A DNA stretch of 63,848 bases, counting the filler, from Licmophora abbreviata (lineage: Eukaryota): assembly GCA_900291995.1 (NCBI GenBank). It is 5 parts of 5 records of this genome, joined end to end, with 100 filler letters (N's around TTAATTAATTAA, not from the genome) between each part and the next. Parts side by side here need not be neighbours in the genome. Positions count along the whole stretch, not along the records: positions 1 to 28,318 come from OLMU01004118.1; 4 more parts are not named here. The stretch is one strand, 5' to 3'. Position 1 is the first letter of the stretch; the number at the start of each line of letters is the position of its first letter. Position numbers and translations under genes: made by a program. The notes under the pieces are model-generated. The model saw nothing but the letters and a program-made list of their open reading frames with translations, did no database searches and was not told the origin of the DNA. Positions 1-10,137 of the stretch are shown piece after piece.

Positions 1-257
1 GATTGTTCGAAACTTGAGGAGGGGGCGCCCTTCAAAGATTCTATGCTTCTACGAAATTTTGATGCCGGTGGAAGTATTCTAAGTTGTCTTCGTGATAAGG
101 ATGATGGGAAGTAGTAAGAGTGTTGGTAGGTCTTTAGCTGAAAGGCGGATGCGACCGGCGAGTGATGGTCACTTCTTCTGATCAATGATGGATTGCCAGA
201 AATAAAAATCGCAAGCATTATCCAAATTGGCACTCTGCCAAACGATCTCAGTCTCAT
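1..257 (-). CDS. N-terminus of a probable plastid-targeted protein, running off the left edge
   Basis: Read manually (not in the ORF track). Open from ATG 257 to the edge: MRLRSFGRVPIWIMLAIFISGNPSLIRRSDHHSPVASAFQLK..., i.e. a hydrophobic stretch, an ASAF motif and an S/R-rich transit-like region. Confidence 0.6.
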   Translation of the reverse strand, partial: MRLRSFGRVPIWIMLAIFISGNPSLIRRSDHHSPVASAFQLKTYQHSYYFPSSLSRRQLRILPPASKFRRSIESLKGAPSSSFEQ

Positions 258-515
258 GGTGACTATGTGATTACGCTTTCGTTCTGTGTTCCCCAAAGCG
301 TCGCGGATGCCATTGTCACACCTGGTGCGATCATCGTCATGTGGTGTTTTTGCGGCGCGCACTTTTTTCAGTTTTGTCTATTTTGCTATTTTGGAAATTT
401 CCATTTGGAGTGTTTGATGTGTGTTATCATACCATGACTCGACGATGACGACACAGAGAAACATCACACGGTTGCACTTCAGCTATAAAGCATCAGCAAC
501 AACAGCGACAGCACT

Positions 516-1553
516 ATGGCACCGCATTCACCATCGTCGTCACCCTCGTCGACAGACCCACTACGTCCTCCTCTGTGGAAGGTGTGGTTCGTCGCTGCCC
601 GCCCTCACACGCTCACCGCGTCCCTCTCTCCCGTCCTGGTCGGCCATCACCTCCTGACATCGGCAGACCCCAGTTTACTACCCACACTCACTCTCCCCTG
701 GCTATGCTTTTGTATACTCATCCAGCTTGGAACTAATCTACACAATGACTATGCCGATTTTGTCAAGGGTGCCGATACGGAGGAACGGGTCGGCCATGCC
801 AGAGCGACTCAAAAGGGATGGCTGACGCCGGACGAAGTCGGACGAGCGTCGACCCTGTGCTTGGTGATGGCCACAGCCGTCTTTTTGCATCTCTTGCAGT
901 CCCTGGATCAGTGGCGTAACGCACTGCTTTGGTTCATACTCCTCAGCAGTGTATTCAATGCAGTGGCCTATACTGGAGGACCCTATCCACTGGGGTACAT
1001 TGGGCTTGAGAATGTATCCATTGGATACGCCGGCCTCGGCGATATCTTTGTCTTCTTGTACTTTGGACTCGTGGCGGTATTGACGCTACCCTACCTAGAA
1101 CTCTTATCATCTTCAGAGGAGCAGCGAACGCAACATGCAAGAACAGCAGTCGACTGGACCAAACTCATTCTCACGACGCTTCCGGTGGGTTTTTTGGGGA
1201 CGGCCATTATCGTCGTGAACAATCTGCGCGACCGTCACACCGATGTCCGGGCGGGTAAGAAGACACTGGCGGTACGATTCGGAGCGACGTTTTGTCGCGT
1301 CGAGTATACGCTGCTCCTGGCGGGATCGTATGGGATACTTTTTCTGCTGGCATCATCCAATTTCTACTACTCGTACCATGTACTGCTACCACTACTCTCG
1401 ATGCCCTTGTCGATACCACACCTTCGAGCCATGTATGTCAAGGAAGGGAGCGAGCTGAATGCACACGTTGGGGGGACGGCACTCTTGCAATTCGCCTATT
1501 GTATATTACTGTGCGTTGGACTTCGGCTTTCGAGCAGCAAGCAGGACAACTAG
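516..1553 (+). CDS. menA: 1,4-dihydroxy-2-naphthoate prenyltransferase (UbiA family)
   Basis: ARPHTLTAS, NLHNDYADFVKGAD, YTGGPYPLGY..GLGD and NNLRD...D..AGKKTLAVRFG motifs; multiple TM helices. Confidence 0.93.
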   Translation: MAPHSPSSSPSSTDPLRPPLWKVWFVAARPHTLTASLSPVLVGHHLLTSADPSLLPTLTLPWLCFCILIQLGTNLHNDYADFVKGADTEERVGHARATQKGWLTPDEVGRASTLCLVMATAVFLHLLQSLDQWRNALLWFILLSSVFNAVAYTGGPYPLGYIGLENVSIGYAGLGDIFVFLYFGLVAVLTLPYLELLSSSEEQRTQHARTAVDWTKLILTTLPVGFLGTAIIVVNNLRDRHTDVRAGKKTLAVRFGATFCRVEYTLLLAGSYGILFLLASSNFYYSYHVLLPLLSMPLSIPHLRAMYVKEGSELNAHVGGTALLQFAYCILLCVGLRLSSSKQDN

Positions 1554-1640
1554 AGTAACAGTGCTACTCGCTATACGAACAATCGCGCGGACATGCATGT
1601 ATCATATGCGACTGCAGCTCTCTACTTCTCTAGTATAAGT

Positions 1641-3009
1641 CTACTTCCACAATCGCTGCAATGACACATTCGCATCACTGTCCTTCTTCATGACCTTGGA
1701 AACTGCCATTTCAAAGTCTTCTTGAGTCACATGCACTCGTCGTTCGCGTAAGGCAAACATGCCCGCTTCTGTACACACGGCTTTACACTCGGCACCGCTT
1801 GCATTGACCATCTTTTCAGCAATCGTCTGCAGATCAATGTTGCGCAGCAAATTCATCTTGCGCGAGTGAATCTTCATAATGCTGACACGATTCTCCACAT
1901 TGGGATTGGGAAATTCAATCTTGCGATCGATACGCCCGGGACGCAACAAGGCACTGTCCAGAATGTCGATGCGATTCGTGGCCATGATGACCTTGATATT
2001 CTGTGCCGGTTCGAATCCATCCAACTGGTTCAAGAGTTCCAACATGGTTCGCTGAACTTCACTGTCGCCGCCTCCGTCGCCACGGGAACTTCCAATGGAA
2101 TCAATCTCGTCCATAAAGATAATACTCGGGGCTGCCTCTCGGGCCATGACAAAGAGTTCCCTCACCATACGACTACCTTCTCCAATGTACTTTTGTACCA
2201 ATTCCGCTCCGCTGACTCGAATAAAGGTACAATCGGTATGATGAGCCACAGCACGTGCGAGGAGCGTCTTGCCGGTCCCGGGCGGCCCGTACAACAAGAC
2301 GCCCTTGGGTTGCGCCACACCAAGAGACTCAAAGAGTTCCGGATGCTTGATGGGCAGTTCAATGACTTCCTTAATTTCCAAAACCTGTTTTTCCAGTCCC
2401 CCAATGACATCGTACGTCGAGTCCGGCACCGCCTCGACCTTCATCAATGACACGAGGGGGTCTACCTTGGTTGGTAGGATCTTGTGCAGTGTATAACTAT
2501 CATTCCTCAAGGCCACACGCGTGTTCGGTTTCAAGTCGTGAATGTCAATGTCCTTGTCTAGATCAACGACGTACTTGCCCTCGGGATTGATCTTGACCAA
2601 GACCTTGGACTGTCCCATTTGCTTGACGACCTCCCCCACGTAAGATCCGGGTTCTTGGAGGTGAAAGAGTTCCTCGCGGAGCATGCGGACTTTGGCGTTC
2701 AGTTCGTTCCGACGCGCTTTCAATCGTTGCAAGTCGGCAAGGCGCTCCTGGACAGTCTGCAATTTACAGAATGAAAGGCGTAGAAGTAGTAGAGAGACCA
2801 AGGCGTGAGTACAAGTATCGAGGGTATTCAGACGAGGCCATCATTGCTGTTATTGCACTACGAAAAATACAAGAATTCCAATACACTATTTCTCCACAGC
2901 AATACAGAATCGTCGAAATACACACCTCACTGAGCTCTCCCACTTTGCTCGCATAATACTGGCCCATTGTGCTTGATTCAGACGTCGATGCAGTCACTGT
3001 AGACGCCAT
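1641..3009 (-). CDS. RPT6: 26S proteasome AAA-ATPase subunit Rpt6; 2 exons, intron 2757-2925
   Basis: GPPGTGKT Walker A, FMDEIDS Walker [13 protein letters not shown]-terminal LWK. The GT..CAG intron joins MASTV...GELSE to TVQERL in frame. Confidence 0.97.
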
Positions 3010-3422
3010 GATGATTTCTAAAACGAGTGGGACCAACGAACGCGACGGCGAGACAAGAATAAGGAATGTGTCGCGACCACACGAAAGATTGTGAGAAGCG
3101 CGGAGAATGGCATCGATGTTCAATGTATGCATGGACGCAGCGGAGCTCGTGACCGGACTGGAACTGCAGCACGAGCGTGAGTTGAGTGAGTCGAGTCACG
3201 AGTCACTCAGTCAATATTTTTGTTTTTCAGATTTCGAGAGCTTTCCCGCCACATCCGCCATCATCTCTTCATGAAACGACGGCACCGAGTCACCGACAAC
3301 GACGAGGACGAGGACGAGGACCCGCTGCTGGGATAAAACAAGAACGAGAACAGCGGCGCCTGTTCAGCAAGTATCGTGTCGTGCTTGTATCAGGCCAAGT
3401 CCTTGTTCAAGTTTGACAAAAC

Positions 3423-4688
3423 ATGGACCAAGTCATGAACTTACTGGATCCGCCGATCGGACATGGTTTGAGCGTTGCGGGTGTCTCCAGGGCGTACTCG
3501 GCGCTCTTGTTCTTATTGGAAGAAGAAGAAGAAGAAGAGGAGGAAGGCTCCACAGTGCGTCAACATGCACGGGTAAAGACCATTCGAAATATCTCGCGTG
3601 ATGAGTCTCGTCACAACTTTCCTGCATCATCATCATCATCATCATCACTGCTGGACTGGCTACAACAACAGACCGACTTGTACCGCGCTCTACTAGTCGC
3701 CTCCTATCTATGGCTCGAACTTGGAGTGGCCTTGGATGAACAACTCATTCGGACACTCCAACAAAACATGGAACGATCCATACTACTACTTCAGGTACTG
3801 TTGGGTGCTACATTGAATTCCAACGCGTGGAAGACGCGACTGCCGCCTTCGTCCTATCCATTGTTGCAAGCAGCGCTCGATCCCTCTTCTTCACTGATTC
3901 CGTTGAATCGAGACGAGCGCTTGTACATGTACCAGATGCAGAGACAAAAGCATGGGAAAGCAGCGTCAGCAGAGGGCGACGATACGGAGCAACATGGTCA
4001 TGATGACGGTAGTGGTGATATCGTACCTCCCGATCGACTGCAGTTGCAACGAGAAGAGCAGGAGCTGCTGAGAATGGCGTGGAAACCGATCCCAACAGTA
4101 ACGATGAGGAGTGATGAGAAAGATATTGGTGGCGGCGAGAAGGGCGCTACAAGTAGCAAACACGACATGGTGGCAGCGACGACGACAAACGCGGCGACTG
4201 CATGCCAGAACGACAACTTTTACAGAACTGTCATTCGACAAGGGCTGCGTGTCGTGTGGCAAGCGGAGACTCCTTCTTCCTCAACTGCTAGCAGTAGTAC
4301 CGACTGGCGACCGTGCACAATGACACTCTACGCCTGTGGAGCAGTCGTTCTCGCGATGGATAATTGCGATGGGAACGACGACGAGAGACAAGTCGACTAC
4401 GTCTACTACTTTTTGACACAGTACAGTACGTGCAAACCAGAACTTGACCCTCCTGATTTCTATCTGGTACTGCAGAACTGCATGTCACTCTCCGACATTC
4501 ACAGCACAGTTGTATCTCTAACCTTTCGCATGAACTCCTTGGAGGAAGGTCGTGACTGTATTGTGGCTCTTCAGAAGCAAGTGATTGGTCCAATCAAGTC
4601 TTGGGCCAAGCTCCAGCGAGAACTCGAAGCCGAGTGGGAAGATGAGTATCGCACCAAGTGTCGACGAGCATGGGACGACTCTCTGTAG
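3423..4688 (+). CDS. hypothetical protein (421 aa) with a possible PH-like C-terminal region
   Basis: Long ORF with poly-E and poly-S tracts; the C-terminal strand/helix pattern (WRPCTMTLYACG...LTFRMNSLEEGRDCIVALQ) is loosely PH-like. Confidence 0.6.
   Translation: MDQVMNLLDPPIGHGLSVAGVSRAYSALLFLLEEEEEEEEEGSTVRQHARVKTIRNISRDESRHNFPASSSSSSSLLDWLQQQTDLYRALLVASYLWLELGVALDEQLIRTLQQNMERSILLLQVLLGATLNSNAWKTRLPPSSYPLLQAALDPSSSLIPLNRDERLYMYQMQRQKHGKAASAEGDDTEQHGHDDGSGDIVPPDRLQLQREEQELLRMAWKPIPTVTMRSDEKDIGGGEKGATSSKHDMVAATTTNAATACQNDNFYRTVIRQGLRVVWQAETPSSSTASSSTDWRPCTMTLYACGAVVLAMDNCDGNDDERQVDYVYYFLTQYSTCKPELDPPDFYLVLQNCMSLSDIHSTVVSLTFRMNSLEEGRDCIVALQKQVIGPIKSWAKLQRELEAEWEDEYRTKCRRAWDDSL
3626..3646. 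repeat. (CAT)n microsatellite encoding poly-Ser
   Basis: Direct reading. Confidence 0.85.
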
Positions 4689-4760
4689 TTGGATGGTAAT
4701 TGTTGATAGCTATTAGTAGCAATTCGATAGACTGTATTCTTGGCTCTCACTCTTCTGTAG

Positions 4761-5615
4761 CTAAGAGTTGCTCTGCTGTTGTTCGCTGCTTTCGCTTCTC
4801 CTATTTTCTCGTGCATCCTGTTTTGCTTTGTAAAAGGCAGGATAGAGCAAGTCGCGCAGTACCGGTCGCAAGAAAAAGGCAGTGAGTCCCCATATATTTC
4901 CGTACGGTGAGGGAAAGTAAGGCGCCGGAGAGTTCAAGCGTCCCAAGACATGTGACTCTTCTTCTTCCACCAATCTTTCAATGGATCGATAAAAGACAGT
5001 ATCAACTTCGTCAGGGTGACCTTGAAAAGTGGCCGAACCATTGACACCGGCATCGTCAGCGGTGCCGTCTTGAATCTCATAGGGCAGTACTGCAATCACG
5101 GGCGTCACGGGTGTCCCTCGGATGGACGGAATGGCCGTCCCGATTCCAATGATTTCGACATGATTCCACGGATAGGACGACCCGCTACTACTGACGTCGG
5201 ATGACAAGAGTTCCTCTTGTGCTTCTCGAAGTGCTGTGCGAATCAGGTCGTTCTCATCGCGCGGTTCGAGATGCCCTCCTGGGAAGGAAATTTCAGATTT
5301 GTGCGTGGTAACTTTCGACGATCGTACTGTAAAGAGGATAGAGGGTGTATCATTGACGCTGCATATAGGAATAAGCACTGCTGCTTGTCGTCGCTCGTGA
5401 CTTCCGTCCGAAGGTGTGTGCGGATACATGTCCCAGGCCTGTTGGAGTTGCTCCGGCGGGAAAACTTGAAATTCGGAATTGTCGTTCTTTGTTTGAGCGA
5501 AGCGTCGACGAAGTTCGGGGAGGGCCTTGTCAAGAGAAGAGGAACGAATCCAGCGATGCGCTGAAGAGGATGACATTGTACTTTGTGTGACCGCGGCGTT
5601 TGCTGTGCTCGTCAT
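4761..5615 (-). CDS. Nudix hydrolase, CoA pyrophosphatase subfamily (NUDT7/NUDT8-like)
   Basis: AAVLIP, LFTVRSSKVTTHKSEISFPGG, TALREAQEEL Nudix box and IWGLTA motif; first in-frame ATG at 5615. Confidence 0.9.
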   Translation of the reverse strand: MTSTANAAVTQSTMSSSSAHRWIRSSSLDKALPELRRRFAQTKNDNSEFQVFPPEQLQQAWDMYPHTPSDGSHERRQAAVLIPICSVNDTPSILFTVRSSKVTTHKSEISFPGGHLEPRDENDLIRTALREAQEELLSSDVSSSGSSYPWNHVEIIGIGTAIPSIRGTPVTPVIAVLPYEIQDGTADDAGVNGSATFQGHPDEVDTVFYRSIERLVEEEESHVLGRLNSPAPYFPSPYGNIWGLTAFFLRPVLRDLLYPAFYKAKQDARENRRSESSEQQQSNS

Positions 5616-5818
5616 GCTGGTGAGACGGAGCACATCATCATTATCATCATCATGGAACGCGGTGATGACACATCACTAAGCATTTTCAATTTTCAATTTC
5701 GACTGTGATACCGAGGTTTTCACATGTCAGTTCCGGGTTATCTCGCTCATAGCTCTGACATACGGGCAGACACAGACACGTCCAAGCCAGTTTCAAGTTT
5801 GGAATGTTACCGCGCGCG

Positions 5819-5846
5819 AGTGTGTGTGTGTGTGTGTGTGTGTGTG
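5819..5846. repeat. (GT)n microsatellite upstream of the PPR gene
   Basis: About 14 GT units, read directly. Confidence 0.95.
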
Positions 5847-5891
5847 TCGAAACGCAGGCACAGCAAGACAGAACGCACAACCACCACCACG

Positions 5892-7930
5892 ATGGCGTCG
5901 GTCCGGACGGGATATCGCTGTGCCATTGGAAGGGTCAAGTGTCATGTGGCGGGGTCAAGTAGCACGGCATCGAAAAGACGAACGCTGGGTGTCCAGGGGA
6001 CGAATATTTTCTGGAAGTCTCGTCGTCGAGCAGCGGCAACAGCACTAAGCAGCAGGTCTTCCTTTTCAAGCAGAAGTAGTAGTACCAGCAGCAGCACCAG
6101 TCGTCTCGAACAAGCAGAGACGGACAGTGCGGATGACCGTCCGATTGCCGTTTCTTACGAGGATTCCAATAATGAACCTTGTTTCGAGCTGAAGCCAGAG
6201 GAGGTGATACAGTGCGTCAGGCGAGCTACCGAACGGAACCCAGCAGAAGAAGACGGTGCTAGTGTCACTCGCACGCCGCAACAAGTCCAGAGTCTCTGCC
6301 GCCGTGCTGTAGACATGTACGATCGACACCTTTCGCACATTCTGAAGAGACTGGATGAGGCTTCTGACAAGTCTTTATCTGCAATCATTTCTGATCCAGA
6401 TCTCGTCGATGCCACGCAACGCTTGCTTTCGGCAGACGTGGCCGATCAGGTCGTCATGGCTCTCACTAGGAGCAAATTGTCCATTTCCAAACTCTCTCGA
6501 CGGGTGCGAGAACTGGAACGATTGATTGGAGCCATCGGAATGACACCCCTCACCGATGACCTGTCCTTGCGATTGCTGGAAGCCAACGGCAAGGCTGGAA
6601 ATGTAGGCCGCGCCTTGAGTCTTCTCCAGCTGCGTCAGGCACGAGAGTATCCTGCTGCGGGGAGACACGAGTTTGAGTGTGCCGTCAACGCCATTGTTTC
6701 AGCTGGCCTCTTGCTACGGAAGGATCGTAATATATATGTGGGTGATGAGTTGCAGCCGGCGATCGACAATCCCACAAGGTGGCTCGATGCGATTCTCTTC
6801 AACATGCACCAACGCGGAGTCCCGCTCACTACGAGTATGGCAAATCTCCTGTTGGACACGTACTCTTCGACCGGCAGAACAGGCAAGGCACTTCACTTCT
6901 TTTATGACATTGCGCGAGTACCGCATCATCAACCGCTGCTGGAAGAAAACGAACAATCGACAGCGAGAAAACCCAAGAAGGTTGTGCGAATGAGCTTTCG
7001 AAAGCCTCCTCCGTACTACAAGGTACCGTCGCTCGCTGGAGACAAACCGGTTGGTATTCCTCGACAGGCAGGGCGAAAACCGAAATTAGAGTGGGAGTCG
7101 GATGCAGAGTGGTCCCGCCCCCTTACTGCCGCCTTTGCGTTTGCCGACAGCTTAATGCATGGCGCGTGTGGTGAGTTAGCAGTGATGTGCTATGATACGC
7201 CGGTTGCTCTGCATATGTCACGCCATGGGCACCAACATCCTTTGTGTCACCTTGTGCAGGACATGAACCGATTGAACTAGACGTTGTGAGTTGGAATACA
7301 CTGATCAAAGCTTGCTGTTATAGAGGAAGCCTATGGCGAGCGTTACAGATTTTGAACGAGATTATGCCGCGGCACGGCATCCAGCCTGACACCTACACCT
7401 ACAACACATTGTTGGCTGGCTTGGCAAGAGTGGTACGTATCGTCCCTCTAAACTCCAGGTGGGCATAGCGGCAGACTATGCGTAACTCACCTTGCCCGTG
7501 TATTGCTTCTTGTGCACAACAGGGCGATACGGACAAGTCGAAGGAACTGTTGTTGGAAATGACCAACAAGGGTATACCACTCGATGACTTGACAGTACAG
7601 GCCCTCGTGGATGGAAAGCTGAATGTTGGGGATGTGGCTGGTGCCATTTCGCTTGTCCAAGATCTATTCAATCAGCACTCTGTCGTGCCGCCGTACACGA
7701 CGCATTTGAAGATTATCGAATTTGCACTTTCCTCGGGGCTTGTTTACGAAGCGAAACGCCATGTCTACGTATTGCAGCAATTCTGGAAGTGGCAGCCAAA
7801 CGCCTATCACGACCCAGAGTTTGTAGAAAAGATGGAGCTAACGAAGAAGAACCACAAGCTCTCTAAGGAGGCATTGCAGAACCTCTTTGACTACTTTGGC
7901 GAGACACTGGTGGACAGCGACTTTTTCTAG
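5892..7930 (+). CDS. pentatricopeptide-repeat protein, probably mitochondrial; introns 7171-7259 and 7433-7522
   Basis: PPR motifs VVSWNTLIKACCYRG and PDTYTYNTLLAGLAR; R/S-rich N-terminus; both GT-AG introns restore the frame. Confidence 0.85.
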
Positions 7931-8043
7931 AGCACCGATGTACTAGTAACGCGTGTGAATAATAAATTATGCTATTGCATGGATAGTCTATAGGTCTACG
8001 AGCAAAGAGGGAGTGCATCCTCATCGCCTTTCTTTTGTATTTG

Positions 8044-9717
8044 TCACATCTCCTCGCCCAACAAGAGAAAGTCCCGCTCCAGTTCCTTCTTCATTTCCCT
8101 CATTCGGAACTCATGCTGCACTCGCCACTTCCAAACTTCCATGGCGGTCGTAAACATCGTTCTGTCGGAATCTATTCGCATGATCTCTTGCTCTCGTACC
8201 CATCCAACGGTCCTTTCAAAGAGTGCAACGCAACGGCGTTGTCGTCGCCGCACCTCCTCGAATGGTATCACCTTTAACAATCGGGGTAGATCAATAATGC
8301 GAGCTTCGCTGACTCGAACGAGACAGCCGTCCCAGTCGAGTTCTGGCGAGAACGGAGGAACAAGCTCGGCTGTCACGACTGGAATAGCTCCAAGGCCCAA
8401 GGCTTCCGCAAAGCGATAAGATTGTGTTGACCCACCACCCGGGCAGAAGGCAAAGGTGGAATTGGTCAATAGCTCCACATAGTCGTATTCACTCGTGTAC
8501 TCGATCTTTTCCTTGACGCCATTGTTGCCACGGCATACCAGATCGACCGCTACTTCTTCGTCATTTGGATCCCAAAATTCATAGGCAAGCCATCGATGAT
8601 GCCACCACACTTGCTGTAGATTATGCGTCTTGCCCTTATAGGCCAACAGCCAACGTCGTTTCACACCAAACTGCTGTTGCACTAGCTCTACAAGGCTTCT
8701 ATTGACTTTGAACTCATTCACGTACAACCCACGAACACGAGGAATGGCCACATCATACCCCTTGCGCAAATTGGCATCCATCCGCGTCGATGTGGCCACG
8801 GCTGCTTTGCGAAAGTTGACATTGTCATACGGGTAATCGCCAAAGCCAAAACAGCTCGTTGCTTCCCAAATGAAGTAGTTCTGGCCATCTCCGAAGTTGT
8901 CGTCGGCCACCAACTGACGAAAGTCGCCGTAGGAGTTGCATGATACAACCAATAGACAGGCTTGCGACGGATCTCGTACATGAATGATGGTGTCTGGGTG
9001 GTGCCGGGCGACATGCGAGACTAGTTCGAACGCTGTACTCTTATAGTGTTCTCTTGTGTGCGCGTATACCTTTAGCGGTCCATCCCCCGGTGCGCAGCGT
9101 GTCAGATTGAAACAGTAATCCCCGCTCATGTCGCAGTCGATCTGCTCGTATCGTCGCGAGATCCCGTAATGCGACAGTATCTGACGCGTCGCGTGATGTG
9201 ATGCCGTGGGATCGTAGAAGCTGTGCGATCGAGCATACGGGGAGTCCCAGTCTTCTACTTTGGGTATTTCAAAACAGACATTGCGTGGCTGTAGCGGTGT
9301 GCAGTCTACCCAGTCCCTCTGAGTCGTCAATCCACAGTCTCGACAGTCCCATCGATCTCCATCATGCCGGCAGCTTCGACCGATTCGCAAATTGTCTTGC
9401 AACAAATTGGCTGGAAGAAGCGTGGTTTCTCTTGGCGGAAAGTGGTGTTTTGACTTCTTTTCGGCTGTCTTGTTTTGATCGTCGTGGAAGGCGCTGGCAG
9501 AGGCACGCGGTTCCGAGTTATCGCTATCGAGGGACAATTCTGCAGAGCAAGTTCGACAGGGAAAGAACAACACCAACGCCATCGTCAGAACTATGGTGGT
9601 AACTGCCAGTAGCAGAAACAGCGTCAATAACAACGGCCGCCGCCGCCTTCGGACGACGACCGGCGTCATGGTGGATGGGATGGACGATGTATGGACAACG
9701 CTGTGACCCATCAGCAT
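8044..9717 (-). CDS. exostosin-family (GT47) glycosyltransferase, type II membrane
   Basis: Y.ELLTNSTFAFCPGGGSTQSYRFAEALGLGAIPVV..ELVPPFSPELDW motif; N-terminal RRRRR followed by a TM anchor; exact start uncertain. Confidence 0.9.
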   Translation of the reverse strand: MLMGHSVVHTSSIPSTMTPVVVRRRRRPLLLTLFLLLAVTTIVLTMALVLFFPCRTCSAELSLDSDNSEPRASASAFHDDQNKTAEKKSKHHFPPRETTLLPANLLQDNLRIGRSCRHDGDRWDCRDCGLTTQRDWVDCTPLQPRNVCFEIPKVEDWDSPYARSHSFYDPTASHHATRQILSHYGISRRYEQIDCDMSGDYCFNLTRCAPGDGPLKVYAHTREHYKSTAFELVSHVARHHPDTIIHVRDPSQACLLVVSCNSYGDFRQLVADDNFGDGQNYFIWEATSCFGFGDYPYDNVNFRKAAVATSTRMDANLRKGYDVAIPRVRGLYVNEFKVNRSLVELVQQQFGVKRRWLLAYKGKTHNLQQVWWHHRWLAYEFWDPNDEEVAVDLVCRGNNGVKEKIEYTSEYDYVELLTNSTFAFCPGGGSTQSYRFAEALGLGAIPVVTAELVPPFSPELDWDGCLVRVSEARIIDLPRLLKVIPFEEVRRRQRRCVALFERTVGWVREQEIMRIDSDRTMFTTAMEVWKWRVQHEFRMREMKKELERDFLLLGEEM

Positions 9718-10137
9718 CAACAAAGTGACCGGCGGTGTGCCGGTGCGGCCGCTCGGCGGCGTTCTGAATTCGGTCTATACGCGTACATGTACAATGGAGG
9801 GAAGTGGGCTAAGTGATGAGTACCGGTACGACAAGTGGTTCATATTCAAAAATCATGATCATGTATTCACTGATGTATGATCGAAAATGTCAATTGGCAA
9901 TCTTGCTTGCTTCGGATGCACATGGTGGCGGCAGCTTCTTCGTTTCGTCCATGACGAGAGGGCGTCACACATCTTATCCCTCACGTTGGTATCGATGGAT
10001 GGAATCCACCCCACCATGCGTCAACACGAAGCTGCCGAGACACTTGACGAAGGGATAGACGAAAAATCAATCGACGACGAACGCGACGAGGTAGAGCGAA
10101 TGCCACGACTGCTCACCAGAGAACCACATGGTCTGTC

